Below, piece after piece: positions 12,410 to 25,560 of a stretch of DNA of 64,000 nucleotides (position 1 is the first letter of the stretch; every line of letters begins with the position of its first letter). The notes under the pieces are model-generated. The model ran no database searches and was not told the DNA's origin. It saw nothing but the letters and a program-made list of their open reading frames with translations. Source of the DNA: Sminthopsis crassicaudata (Eukaryota); contig NC_133619.1 in NCBI RefSeq assembly GCF_048593235.1, positions 71,562,454 to 71,626,453 on the forward strand, given 5' to 3'. The position numbers and the translations under genes are program-made.

Positions 12410-13640
12410 TTATCTTTTTTTTTTTCACTTAATAGTATTTTTTCCAATTACATGTGAAGGTAGTTTTCAACATTTATTTTTGCAAGATTTGAGTTTTAAA
12501 TTTTTCTCCTTCCATCTCTTCATCCCTTTCCCCAAGGCAACAATCAATCTGATATAGATTATACATGTATCATGTTACACATTTCCACATTAATCAAGTT
12601 GTGAAAAAAGAATCAGAACAAAAGGAGAAAAGCAAGAGAGAAAAAAACACTAAAAAAATGAAAATAGCATGCATTGATCTACATTCAAACCCTAGAGTTC
12701 TTTCTCTGGATGTGGACATGATTTTCCATCATAAGTCTTTTGGAATTATCTTGGCTCATTATATTGCTAAGAAGAGCTAAGTTTATCATGGTTGATCATT
12801 GCAGAATTCTGCTGATACTATGTACAGCATTCTTATTATACCAACCTCATTCATAAACAATTCATGTGAGTCTTGCCAATTTTTGTCTGAAATCTACCTA
12901 TTCATTATGTCTTATAACACAATAGCCTTTGATTACTTTCATTACAATTCATAAACTATAGTTTGTTCAGTCATTCCCCAGTTGATAGATATCTCCTCAA
13001 TTTCTAATTTTTTGCCACCAAAAAAACCTGTTATAAATATTTTTTGCACATATGGATCCCTATTTTAGTGATCTCTTTGAGATAGAAATCTAATAATAAT
13101 ATTGCTGGATCAAAGGACATGCACAGTTTTATTCTAATTTCAGCATATTGCTCTCCAGAATACTTGGATTAGTTCACAACTCCATCAACAATGCATTAGT
13201 TTTCCAATTTTCCCTCATTAGACTCTAACATTTAGCATTTTCCTTTTCTGTCTTATTAGCCAATCTGAAATAGTACCTCAGAGTTGTTTTGACATATTCT
13301 TTGACTATCATTGGAGAATGACTTGTAGTCTTATAAATTTGATTCAGTTCTTTGTCTAATAAATGAGATATTTATAAGAAACACTGTCTTGAAAAAATAT
13401 TTTCCAGATTTCTTATTTCCTTCTAATTTTAGTTGCATTGATTTTGTTTGTGCAAAATTATTTTAATTTAATGTAATCAAAATTATCCATTTTGCATTTC
13501 ATAAAGCTCTGTTTTGTTGGTCATAAATTCTTCCTTTCTCTTAGAATTAGCCATTCCTTACTCATCCTTACTAATTTTCTTATGGTATCACTCTTTTTAT
13601 CTAATTCATGTACCTATTTTGATCTTTTCTTAGTATGATG
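12410..13640 (-). mobile_element. Marsupial L1 3' end (about 1.2 kb), degenerate
   Basis: Poly-T then tttttccaattacatgtgaagg...; ORF2 antisense motifs such as cagtcattccccagttgatag and gtacctcagagttgttttga. Confidence 0.85.
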
Positions 13641-14769
13641 TGATCCTATTTTAAGCAAAAGATATCCTGGCATTGTTTTTCTTGCCGTCATTCTTTCTTC
13701 AAAAGTGCAGAGTTCAGAAAGTGTCCAGCCCAGGATTTTTCTTGTTCACCATATGTATTTTGTATTGCTAAACATTCTTGTTTTCCTCTTTCTTCATTTT
13801 TTTCCTTCAGATTTTTCACTAAAAAAAGTTTCATTTTAGTATGCTGATATACTTTCCATACATATTAATGTTGGTATTTTTATATGTATAATTTTACCCA
13901 CATTATACAGGAAATTGAGCTTCATAAGAACTAAGTGATTTGCCTAGTCATGCAGCAATAATAATAACTGGACTTAAACCCAAGTTTTCTGACTTCAGAT
14001 AATATATAGTGATTTATTTCCTTTCATATATGCCTCCTACATGGCTACAAACTCTTTTGACCAAATGTGACCTCACTACTACAGAATTAAGATCTATTGT
14101 CTTCCTTCATAATTTCCATGCCTTGAAGTTTCCCATGGCATGTACATATGTCATGTTTATTGAGCCATCACTCAGTGATATAAAGAAATCTATGAAATGA
14201 ACCCATTAAGATCTTTCCATTTACAATTCATTATATCCTCATGTCTAAGAAAGAATATTCATCTACTTAAATGAGGGCCAAACACAAAAGAAAAGAGAAT
14301 ATAATTTGTTCCATAGGCATTTTAATCAGAACTGTACTAACTTTATATTTTAGTTCTGTTTGAGCTAAATTACAGAAACAAAATTTTACAAATATCTCAA
14401 TATTTTTCTTGATTCTTTTACTTCTATTAACTACCCTAGTTAATGGAATTTACCTGGACAAATCAAAAACTTCCAGTGAGCTACCAACACACAATATTCT
14501 TCAAAAACAGAATGTCTAAGTAAGTAGTTAAGCATTAAATTCTATATTTTGGTTAATTTTTTTTTTGTTGTTGAAAATAGGTGCCAGTAGCCACATAATT
14601 AAGTTTAGTTAAACAAATACTAAATTTGGATAGCAGAATAGAAGAATTCTTTAGAAAGGTTTGGTTGGTCTAAGTTCTGCATTGTCTTAAATAAATCACC
14701 TTCTTTCTCTGGTCCACAATATCTTCATCTGAAAAAAAAAATGAGGAAGGAAAGAAAAAAGGGGAAAAA

Positions 14770-15000
14770 AGCATTTATTCAATGACTACTATTTGCTAAG
14801 CATTATGTTAATTACTTTGTAAATAATATCTAATTTGATCTATACAATAACCTTGTAAGGTAGTTACTATTATTATCCCCATTTTACAGTTTAGGCAGCT
14901 GAGACAGAATTACATAAAATAACTTGTCTGGAATCACATGCCTAGTAAATGTTTGCTGTCAGATATGAACTTGTTTTCCCAGTTCCATTACTCTATTCAT
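14770..15000 (-). mobile_element. MIR-family SINE
   Basis: gtaaggtagttactattattatccccattttacag core. Confidence 0.7.
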
Positions 15001-17825
15001 GGTGAAAATCGAGTTAGATGGTCTCAAAAGTCCCTTTCTGGTATCATATTATATGATTGTGTAAGTCATAGAATCCCTCTATAATCATGATCAGCTTAAG
15101 GACAATTTTGAAAAACTCATACAAATATCATTCCATCACTGGCAGGATTTTCTCCTTTAAAAAATATGGCAGAAAAAAAAAAGATGAATACATGTTACTT
15201 ACTTGTAGTATGAAGACAACTTTTTAATCTATCACTGAAAGACTTCCAACTCTTACTGCTCGGTAAGTGAGGGCTATTGTCCTCCACAACAATACCAATT
15301 CAGGAGGATAGAGAGATTTCATGTAAAGGGTTTGTAAAGTCTCTTTTAAGGGCTTCAGAGTTCTTTCCATTTCAAGTACTTTCTTTTCCCAGAAAATAAT
15401 AAAATATCTCTTGATGACCACAATGGCTTTAGCCTCTAGCTTCTGACCTTTTTACCAAATGCCAGGAAATAAAGCTTTCTAACAGGACCTGACTTGTACA
15501 AAACAAGCGTGACACAAAAACGAATTTGACCTTCGATTATCTGAATGTAGGTTTAGAACTGGATAAGCAATAACTTCAAATTATAGAAACACAGTTTGTT
15601 TGCCAGAACACAGTGACTAGACAGTGAAGTCTCTAACACCTTTGAACCATTTACTGCCTTTCACCACTGTTTATCACAATAGTCCCCTTTTTAGTGACAA
15701 CTATCCTAGGTGACTATAGAAAAAGAGGATATTGTGAAAGTAATAGGATATTTAGTCTATATCGACAATCCTAATAACAGGTCAAGTAGAAACAATTTCT
15801 AAAAAAAATCATAATCTTTTTTTTTTGTTGGGGTGGCATGGAAACTTTCATCATATAAGCATATTCTGAGTTATTCTGTCATATAAAATCTGGCATGTCT
15901 CACACTATCAATCATGAATCAAGTCAACATATATTTCCTAACTATATTTTATATGCTAGGCATTAAGGATGACATAAGCAAATTAAGAACACTTTCTGTT
16001 TTCAAGGAGCTTTATTTCAGTTAGGATATTGCAACGTTAAGGACCTATATGATTAATTGGGAAGGGAAAAATATTTAACAAGTATTGGGATCAGGAAAGG
16101 TTTCTCAAAGAATGTGGTATAAGAGGTGAGCCCTGAAGGAAATTAGTGTGCTAAAACAAAAAGGAGAGAGAGGATATTTTGAACAACAGGTACCAGAAAT
16201 TGAGCTATTTCACAGATTTTTACAGAAGTAACCCGTGTTTCACCATTCAATATGGCAAAGAAAGGAGGAGGAAAAAAATAGAGATGATTTTATAAGTGTG
16301 GGGTAGACAACAGAGATTGTGATTTTAAAAGTTCTATAAGCCTCTCCCTCAATTATTTTCTTTGTAAGACTGGTACAAATGAGCACCATGAGAGTTACTC
16401 CATCTTGTTATACTATCATCTGCAGAGATTCTTCCATAGATATGTGAATATATTCTTGTTTTTGTTTTAGAACAATGTTTGCCAAAATCTGAATGTTTCT
16501 AGCCCACTCTTCAGCTTTATTTAGCCTTTTTTCCAGTGAAGCTTGACTTATCAGGGGAAAATGAATAAAACCTCTACCATCTCAGAGGGTTTTTTTTTTT
16601 TTTTTGAGATGATGACACAATTTTGACTTTATGTGTTCAGCAAAACATCTTAAATAAACACTTCTTCAACATAGTCACTAACATAGCTCTTCTATGTCAA
16701 CTGAAGCAAAATCCTATGATAAAATTCTCCTATTATTAATGCCCAGAAGAGTGAATTCTAGTACCAATCTTTAAGTATCACCTTGCATTCTCAAGCATGG
16801 CTGAATAAAAATAGATTGAAAGGTACTAGGTTTTATATAGCTTTCCTTCACTATTTGAATGCTATCTATCAATTCTAAAACTACCCCCAAAGTTATGGAT
16901 ACCACAAATAGTTTCTACTTAGTAAATGCAGAATGATGTAGTTGTCATTTTTTGCAAGTTCCAAATATCCTTCTGAAACCATCCCTGCCTTCTTGATGTT
17001 TTCAGTTAGCCTTAGTTTCCTCATCTACAAAATAGGGATAATCATTCTACATTGTACTGGAAACTGTTCTTTCTGATTCAATTAGTCAATTAACCGATGC
17101 ATATTTATCAAGCTAAGCATGGTTCTACATGCTGAGGATAGAGATACAAGCAGTGGAACAACCCATACTCACAGTAAGATTATATTCTTCTTAATGGATA
17201 GATAAAATACACAAACACATATCAACACATATGTAACATACACATATGTGTATATTGTACAGTCATACAAAAATAGTAGTTTATTACTATATTATTGTTA
17301 TATTAATTTATTAGTTATTTTAGGAGGCTGGTCACAAGTAGTTGTAGGGATCAGGAATGGCTCTTTCCAAAAGTTGATTCCTGAGCTATACCTTAAGGTC
17401 TTTGTAACATGAAGATAGCAGGGAGTGCATTCCAAGAATCACCAATGCATACACACACACACACACACACAAAAAGGTATGAAGAGGAGAGACTGAGTAT
17501 CACTGGTGAGAGGCATATTCCTCTGTTTTCTCATTGTATTACATTATAAAATGAGTCTCCTTTACCTTTCTAAATCCAGAGATGTCTTATGTGTTGTTAT
17601 ATCCTGTACATTCTGTCTTCTGCTTTTCTCATTCTCCACTTTNNNNNNNNNNNNNNNNNNNNNNNNNNNNNNNNNNNNNNNNNNNNNNNNNNNNNNNNNN
17701 NNNNNNNNNNNNNNNNNNNNNNNNNNNNNNNNNNNNNNNNNNNNNNNNNNNNNNNNNNNNNNNNNNNNNNNNNNNNNNNNNNNNNNNNNNNNNNNNNNNN
17801 NNNNNNNNNNNNNNNNNNNNNNNNN

Positions 17826-18680
17826 TGTGTATCCATCTCACTGCCAATTCAATGTAATGGGCATCTCAAATCCAAAGCATAATATAGAATATTTCACTCT
17901 AAACCCTCCCTTTCTCTTAACTTCACCATTTTTGTGGAAGGTCCCATCATTTTTTCAGTCTTTCAGATTAATATTTGATTCTTCAATCAATTAACTCCCT
18001 TCTTGCCCCCATCCAATCAACTGTCAAGATTTATGAATGTGTTCTCCTCAACTGTCACATCTAGCCTCATCTCTCTATAGTTCTATCACCAACACTCTAA
18101 TCTAGCAACTCCTGCCCTAAAGCAATAACCTACTAGTTAATCTCATTGTTCTAATCTCTCTTCTAAACTAATCTTTCATAATTCTGCCTAATTGGTATTC
18201 CTAAATTATAGTTCTGACCTTGTCTTTCCCCTACTTAGGGATTTACTTTTCCCTTTGGAAAAAAAGAAAATGCTATTGTTTGGCATTTAGAATGCTTCTC
18301 TTACTCTATATAAATACATGAACAATAAATGTACAGTATATATAATATATATGTATGATCATTAAATTTTCAATTTCTATGCTTAATACAATCAAGAAGC
18401 ATTTATTAAAAACCTATGTTTCAAGTAATGTGCTAAACAATACAAAATTAAATGTGGTAGTATTCAAATGAAAGAAAACACTTCTATGTGTGTGTATACA
18501 CATATCCTGTATGTATATCTCTGTGAACATATTATATTCCTAGTTATACATAAGCCACTTGAAAGCAAAGAGTGTATCACTTTTTATTTGTGTACTATTG
18601 CACATTTTACTTTGTAATCTCCAATACAATGTCTAAAACCTGGAAGACTTTTAATAAATGTTTCATGATTGATCATTCAG
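17826..18680 (+). mobile_element. L2 3' end fragments
   Basis: gggcatctcaaatccaaagc, aaaccctccctttctc and terminal aataaatgtttcatgattgat. Confidence 0.65.
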
Positions 18681-18984
18681 CATTAATCTTCTATGCTTTT
18701 TTCCTCCCTGTTAAGGACTTTAGTCTTTCTGTTAGTTCCGTTTACACAGTAAAACTAGTCAAAAAATCACTACAAAGGAACATAAAGAAAAATGCAATAC
18801 TTTGCATGTGACAGAATTTGCAGATATATTGCCTGGAAAGGGAGCACTTTAGACTAGTCATGCTAGTGGTTTTTAATCCTAGTACATTCAATAGTATCCT
18901 CAGCCCTTTTGATCTTCTTCAATTATTCTTTAAACTGTAGCATATTTAATACTTTAGATAATGTACAATCAATTCAAATTAACC

Positions 18985-19275
18985 ATCTGGCTAGCACTCA
19001 ATAAGGCCCATTTTCAGTTAGGCTAATGAAGACTCAAGGAGAAGGCAAATACTTATGGCTAAGGCTGATCTAGCATTTAAGAAATCACTACCTCACTTAC
19101 CCCCTCAGCTTTGTTGGAGGATTTGGTAGATCACCTTGGAGCATATAGTTGAAAGGTGCAGCAGCATTAAATTAGTCCCTTTAATCCAATGAGTACCTTT
19201 GTCCCAATGTAAGTGACCCAGTCCTGCTGAGATTTGAACCAGGAGCCCTTAGATCTAAAAACTACACTCTACAAT
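18985..19275 (-). mobile_element. Old tRNA-headed SINE-like element, family not recognised
   Basis: Minus strand gtagagtgtagtttttagatctaagggctcctggttcaaatctcag (tRNA-like stem and B box); no MIR core downstream. Confidence 0.4.
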
Positions 19276-19919
19276 TTAGAGATGAAGGAGAATTATGAAT
19301 TACATAGATAAGTATTAGCCTTTTTAGCTTCTTTCTTAGGTCTGCAATCATTAGGAAGCAGAGAACATCCCAGCATGTTGCTAAGTAGCATATTCGGCCA
19401 GAGCACTTTATTCCACAGAAGCTCCTATGTTAAAAGAAAGTAAATTAGGCTCAATTATTCCCAAGACTAGTAGTGTGGTGACAGAGCACCTCCTTACATC
19501 CCCAAGGAGAACTAGATGATTTCAGAGCAGGCTTGAAGTGGATAGGACCTTGGATTCATTATGTTTTGTTCAAGAGAAAAAAAGGTTTAAAAATATTATA
19601 TATCTATCCTATTAACTTAAGCAAAGAGAAAACAAAGTTCAGAGCTTTTTTGTTTTGAATATTAAAGCAGCAACTTCAGTGGGGAAAAAAGAACAAGACT
19701 GAACTTATTAAGTATTTAAATAATACATTAATCACTCAATAAGCATTTATTAAGCACCTACTATATGCCAAGAACTGTGCTAAATGCTGGGAACACAGAT
19801 ACATTTAGGGACTTTATCAAATGCCTAATGGTGGTAGAGAAAGTATAAAGAATGAGTGGCCTAGAAAACATTTTATACTTGTTTATCTTCATGGAAATTA
19901 ACTCTCAGAGAAGGAAATA

Positions 19920-20180
19920 TCCAGATATGGTTACTGCTTGAAAGTAGTTATAGGATTAATCATGTAATCCATGCTATCGAGGAAGCTGAGGCTGGTTGAT
20001 CACTTGATCTAAAAAATTGAGCTACCATCCATAACAATATAGTAACCACTCAGAAGTAGGGAACCACCTAAGGAGATACAAATACACCCAAGTCAGAAGT
20101 AGAATATGTCAAAGTTTCTGTACCCATCAGTATTGGGATTGAGTCTAGGAATGGCCAATTTATTTCTAGTCTAAGTGAAT
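19920..20180 (+). pseudogene. Degenerate 7SL (SRP) RNA-derived retrocopy / P7SL-like SINE
   Basis: Collinear similarity to 7SL: tgtaatcc..gcta..gaggaagctgaggctgg..gatcacttga; caatatagtaacc..gggaaccacctaaggag..cccaagtcagaag..gtcaaagtttctgt..atcagtattgggattgagtct..aatggcca. Confidence 0.85.
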
Positions 20181-20499
20181 CTTCAAAATAGAAAAGGAGG
20201 AAGAGATGGAGAAGGAATAATAGTTTCAGGTTGCCTAGAAAGCAATAGAAAAGAAAGCAATCATCATCAGAGCTATCTTTATGATTTGTAAAATGCTTTA
20301 CACAAGTATCTCATTTGATCATCCCCAAAACTTTGTGAGTTAGGTAAGATCACTCCTAATTTACTGATGACAAAATTGAAGCTAAGATAAGTTGAAGTGA
20401 GTTTATTCAATGTTACACAAGAGCCCAGATCTTGAGTTCTATCAAATGCACCACCCAGTTGCAGTCACTTAAATTATGGTAGACTAAAGAGAATGTGTT

Positions 20500-20765
20500 A
20501 AATAGTTTGTTGCTGTTGTTCAGTCATTTCAGTTGTGCCTATTTCTATATGATCCCATTGAAGGTTTTCTTAGGAAAAAATATGGGAAAGATTTGTCATT
20601 TTTTCTTTAAGCTCATTTTACATATGAGGAAATTGAGGCAAATAGGATTAAGTGGCTTGCTCTGGGTCACACAGCTAGTAAGTATATGAGGTCAGATTTT
20701 AACTCACAAAGATAAATCCTTTCCAACTCCAGGCCCAGCATTCTATCCTATGCACCTGGCTGCTA
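20500..20765 (-). mobile_element. MAR1-type SINE
   Basis: ttgttgctgttgttcagtcatttcagttgtg...ttttacatatgaggaaattgaggca...gggtcacacagctag. Confidence 0.8.
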
Positions 20766-21680
20766 GTTAATGATCATTATCTGATTTAGTGGTGAGTCCA
20801 ATGATTTAGAAGTTTGTCTAAAACTCCTCAAAAATTTACTTACTGCTTATTTGCAATTAAATTAAATTTAATGCTTATAAACTTTTTTATTGGTTTAAAA
20901 ATATATGTTTTGATTCTTGGGTTGTAAATGACATATACACACCCAAATATCCTTCCTAGTTATTAATTTATCTATTCTTTCCTTTCCTGGCTTACATAAA
21001 AATTTATAAGCAACTGAAAGAAAAATAATCCTAGACCACTTCTGCCCAGATGTTTTCTCCTGAATTCTAGTTTCTGTTCCTTTGCTCTGTTTATCTGCCT
21101 GTATAGTAGTCTCCATATGCATATAGTCTCAGACCTCTAATGACTCATGGTATAATGAAAGTAGCATTGGTGAGAGACATAGGAGTTCAATTCAGTCCAT
21201 AGAAATGAGAGAGCCATAGGAGTTCAATTCAGTCCCATAGAAATAAGATAACATATCCCAGTAAAATACCCTGTACTTTAGAGAGATAACCTCTAAGACA
21301 CTTTGCAGAATTTAAAATGTTTCATAAATACTTGCTATATTTATTATGACCTATTTGACATTAGGCAAATTATTCTAGCCAAAACAAACAAACAAACAAA
21401 CAAACTTACCCAACAATAGCCCTTCCCTGTTGAGCTGCCTTGTTTACAAAATGTGGAGATTGGATAAGAAAATCTACTTTCAGCACCAGACCTATGAGTT
21501 TAATCTTTGAGAGTTGTGAGAGTTTAAAAATTAGAATATAGATATTTCACTAATGTCTCAGAGTTCTTTGCTATTGAAATGAAATAACACTGGTAGTTCT
21601 GTTTAGTTACTGTTTTCTTTCTTTATTAAAATAATAACCATAGATAAGAAGCTTACTTATATATACATATCTATATCATA

Positions 21681-21683
<3 letters not shown>

Positions 21684-21756
<73 letters not shown>
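21684..21756. repeat. Pure (AT)n microsatellite, 73 bp
   Basis: Direct reading. Confidence 0.95.
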
Positions 21757-21759
<3 letters not shown>

Positions 21760-22369
21760 ATAGGCTAATAACAACCACCACAAACAGAATAATAACTTGT
21801 AATTGATATAGTGCCGGAAGATTTTCAAGTGCTTTATGTAGAATATCCTATTTTAGCCATACATTACCCAGAATAGAGGTCATGAATGAGGGCATATCTA
21901 GGCCAGGGCCCAGGAGTGGGGAGGGACAACTCACAACTCTATACCTTAGGAATCTGGGATAATGTCATGCTGTTCTCACTAGGCCTGCACATCCTGGGTT
22001 TATCCCTTCATTGGTCATTGCTGGTCAGAGTGGGTATGTAGTTTCAAGTTTTCCCTGGAGCCATAATAGGAATAATATCAATATAAAGAAAATCATGAAT
22101 AAATAAACAAACATAAATAACTAAATTAAATGAATGGATTGATAAATAAATAAATGAATGGATAGATATATTGATAGATGAATACATTAATAAATAAATG
22201 AGTTAGCATCTATTTTATGCCAGACTCTATAAATATTTTCTCATTTGAGCCTAACAACTCTGAGAGGTGGGGATTATGATTATCTACATTTTATAGCTGA
22301 GAAAACTGAAGTAAACAGGGGTTAAGTGAGTTGATCAAGGTTACTGAGATAGAGGTCATTAGGAGACAC

Positions 22370-22590
22370 AATGAATAGACTACTAGGTCTGAAGAGAAGA
22401 ACTGAATAAAATTTAGCCTGAGATACTTTCTAGATGTGAGACACTAGGCAAGTGAAATAAGCTCTTGTTTGCCTTAATCTACCAGAGAAGGAAAGGCCAA
22501 AACATGCTAGCATCTTTGCCTAGACAACCTTATGGGAAGGATGATCCATAGGATCATGAAGAGTAGGATAGACAACAACATACTTGAATG
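22370..22590 (+). mobile_element. MAR1/WallSI-type SINE
   Basis: ccagagaaggaaaggccaaaacatgctagcatctttgcc...ggatcatgaagagtagga. Confidence 0.65.
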
Positions 22591-23114
22591 GACAGCTTTT
22601 GCTCAATAATTCTTTCAGTTGTACTCATCTCTTCATTCTTGACACAATCTCTTTGACAGAGATCCTGGAATTATTTGCCCTCAAGCAGTTTGTATTCTAT
22701 TGGAGTCTACACCTAAAAAGGAAGCTGGAAAAAAGATGCATGAGGGAGACAAAGGAACTTGACTAGAGAGCATGGCAGAAGAAATCTAGGCTAGGGTCTG
22801 GTTGGTTCTTTTCCTTCCTTCTCCAAAAAGACCAAAATGATATCACTATGTTGCAGTCAAGGTATATAGTGCATCAAACTGCAACTGATAAGAACAATAC
22901 CAATTCAAAAGGCTCTACCACAAGGGAGGTACAAATAATCCATCTGAACATTTGGAGTGGCAATGTCTATAAATTTGTGCATCTCATATTTCTTTTGAAT
23001 TACTATAATTCAGATTTGCTCAGAGCTTGTGTCTTCTTTGATGTAAACATACTATATTAAGTGGTCGTTTGCCAGCATTTCCCATGTTCCGCAATCAATG
23101 CCAAATTTCTTCAG

Positions 23115-23490
23115 AGAGAGAGAGAGGGAAAGGAAGAAAGAGAGAGGATGAGGGAAGAGAAGAGAAAAGAAGAGAAGAGAAGAGGTTAGAAGGAATAGAA
23201 TAGAGGATAGAGATTAGAGACTAGAGTGGAGAAGAGAATAGAGTAGAATAGAGAGTAGAGTATAATAGAGAGTGGAGAAGAGTAGAGAGTAGAGTAAAAA
23301 TAGAAAAGAGTAGAGAGTAAAGAGAACAGAATAAAGAGTAGAGAATAGAGTAGAGACTAGAGAGGAGAATAGACAGTAGAGGAGAGTAGATGGTAGAGAA
23401 GAATAGAGGATAGAGAAGTGTAGAGGGTAATGAATAGAGGAGAGGAGAGAGTAGAATAGAGAGTAGAGTGTAAAGTAGAATAGAGAGTAG
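23115..23490. repeat. Purine-rich AGTAG/AGAAT/AGAG low-complexity tract (continues 23860-23960)
   Basis: Direct reading. Confidence 0.9.
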
Positions 23491-23860
23491 AAATGATAAT
23501 GATCCAGGCCAGTTTCAATGATCTTATGATGAAGGGAGTCATTTACATCCAGAGGACTCTAGGAAGTGAGTGTAGATCACAAGATAGCATTTTCACTCTT
23601 TTCATTGTTGTTTGTTTGCATTTTATTTCCTTTCTCATTTTTTCTTTTGTTTTGATTTTATTTGTGCAAGGAAGATAATTGTATAAATATTTATGTATAT
23701 ATTAACATATATTTTACCATGTTCAACATATATTGCTACCTAGGGAAGTGGGTGGGGAAGAAGGGGAGAAAATTGGAACACAAAGTTTTGAAAAGGTTAA
23801 TGTTGAAAAATTATCCAAGAATATGTTTTGAAAAATTTTAATAAAAAAGAAAAAAAAAGA
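23490..23860 (+). mobile_element. 5'-truncated L1 3' end in sense orientation
   Basis: aggccagtttcaatgatcttatgatgaag...gcattttcactc...ttggaacacaaagttttg...aataaaaaag(A)n. Confidence 0.85.
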
Positions 23861-25029
23861 GAGAAAATGAGATTAGAGAATAGAGTAGTAGATTAGAGTA
23901 GAGAGTAGAGTAGAGTAGAGTAGGAGTGAGTGGAGTAGAATGAAAGTAGAAGTAGAAGTAGTTTTGAGAACTGTGGAACTTGAAATTGTACATTAAGGAA
24001 TTTTGTAAGATGACTAAGTCTAATCTTACCAGTTATAATAGGAAACAGACCCAGGAAATTTCTGGATTTCTGGTATAGCTCATATAGAAGTACGATTGAA
24101 ACTCACACTCTTTATCTAGCATTTTACTATACTTATATTCAGGAGTCCTTAGGAATTCATAACAAACCTACTATTAGCTCTTGTATTTTTGGTTTTATTT
24201 TTAAAACAAAAACATTTTCATTGTTCATTTTTATTTTTCTATTAGTTTTTCTTTAAAAAATAATCACCCAAGCCTTGATTTAAAAATGAATGTATTCATT
24301 TCTTTCTATGGGGTACATTGTTCTAGGCTTATCCCCTAAATTATAAGTGCATATTAACACGAGAATAAAATTAAAATACACACACTTTAAAAAAAAAACA
24401 TTTTTTAAACATTACATTAAGAAACATTTTATTTCCTCTTACAAAATCACAGTTGTCATGTACATTGCAAAGATTTTCTTTATCAAAAGTGAGCTTTTCT
24501 TAGAATTCCTGGGGATCTCTTGTTCAAAATATCTACCAACTCAATAGTGGAAAATGTCATATTACATCATTGCTTTCCTGCTTGTTTTTTATAGTTTCTA
24601 GGAAGTAAGTAGGAAAGAAGATGTAGAAAACATAGTTTCCAGTTGAGTCCAGAAGGCTTATGTTTTAGAAGCCAGTAAGTTTGTAGTTGCTTTGATTTTT
24701 TTAAAGAGTTTTAATCCTACCACTTCTATTACCTAGATAATCTCTAAAGTGATTCTAGCTCTAAATATTAGAATTTCTAAAAACTAAAACTTCATGTGAT
24801 GATGAGAAAAATAAAAAGGAGTAGAGAATGAGGATTTTCTTACAATACAATAAAGAATGAATTAATGACAATGTATATAAAATTAAAATCTTTTGAAAAT
24901 GTTTAAATTTGAGTTTTTATGTACTAGACTATGCATTTTTTAAAAAGTGAAATTTATCTCCCAAATATACATTATAAGTCTATAAAAAAGCTTATTTTGT
25001 CAAATCTTCCCATGGCATAACTTATCAGG

Positions 25030-25560
25030 TAAAAAATAGCCAATAAATATGTAAGTGTCTACTATGTGCCAGGCATTTGCTAAGTACTATGAGTACCAAA
25101 ATAATTAAAAGAAAATAAAAGACAAAGGACAGCCTCTGATCTTTTTTAAAAAGTTTATAATTTAATACAAAGTCAATAAACTAATATGTACAAAAAATTT
25201 AAACACAAGCTAATTAGGACCTAACTAAAAGAGGGAAGCCACTAAAGTTAAAGATTAGGGAAGTATCCCTATAAAGGTCCAAATTTTATTTTAGAAAGAA
25301 TCAGGGAAGTTAGCAAACAGAGATGAGGAGGAACATTTCCTTTTGAAGACTAAATTGAGTTTCTTCCTTACTCTTGTCCTTCTGCCTTTTACCTCTTTCA
25401 CATAATATTGAATAAATGAAACAAGGGTTTCTTGGGAATGAGTTAAAAAAAAGAAAAGCGAGACAGAAAGCAACAAAGTAGAAATAGAGAAGTTATATAA
25501 TTGATAGTAATGTTGTAAAGTGTTCTTTCTCCAAATGCCAGATTCTCTAAAGATAGCTAA
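25030..25560 (-). mobile_element. L2 3' fragment
   Basis: taagtgtctactatgtgccaggcatttgctaagtac and downstream L2 antisense motifs. Confidence 0.65.

Noticed and set aside
21478-21498. TTCAGCACC, a REST/NRSE left half-site
   Set aside because: The right half (GGACAG) is absent and it lies in a MIR-like tail
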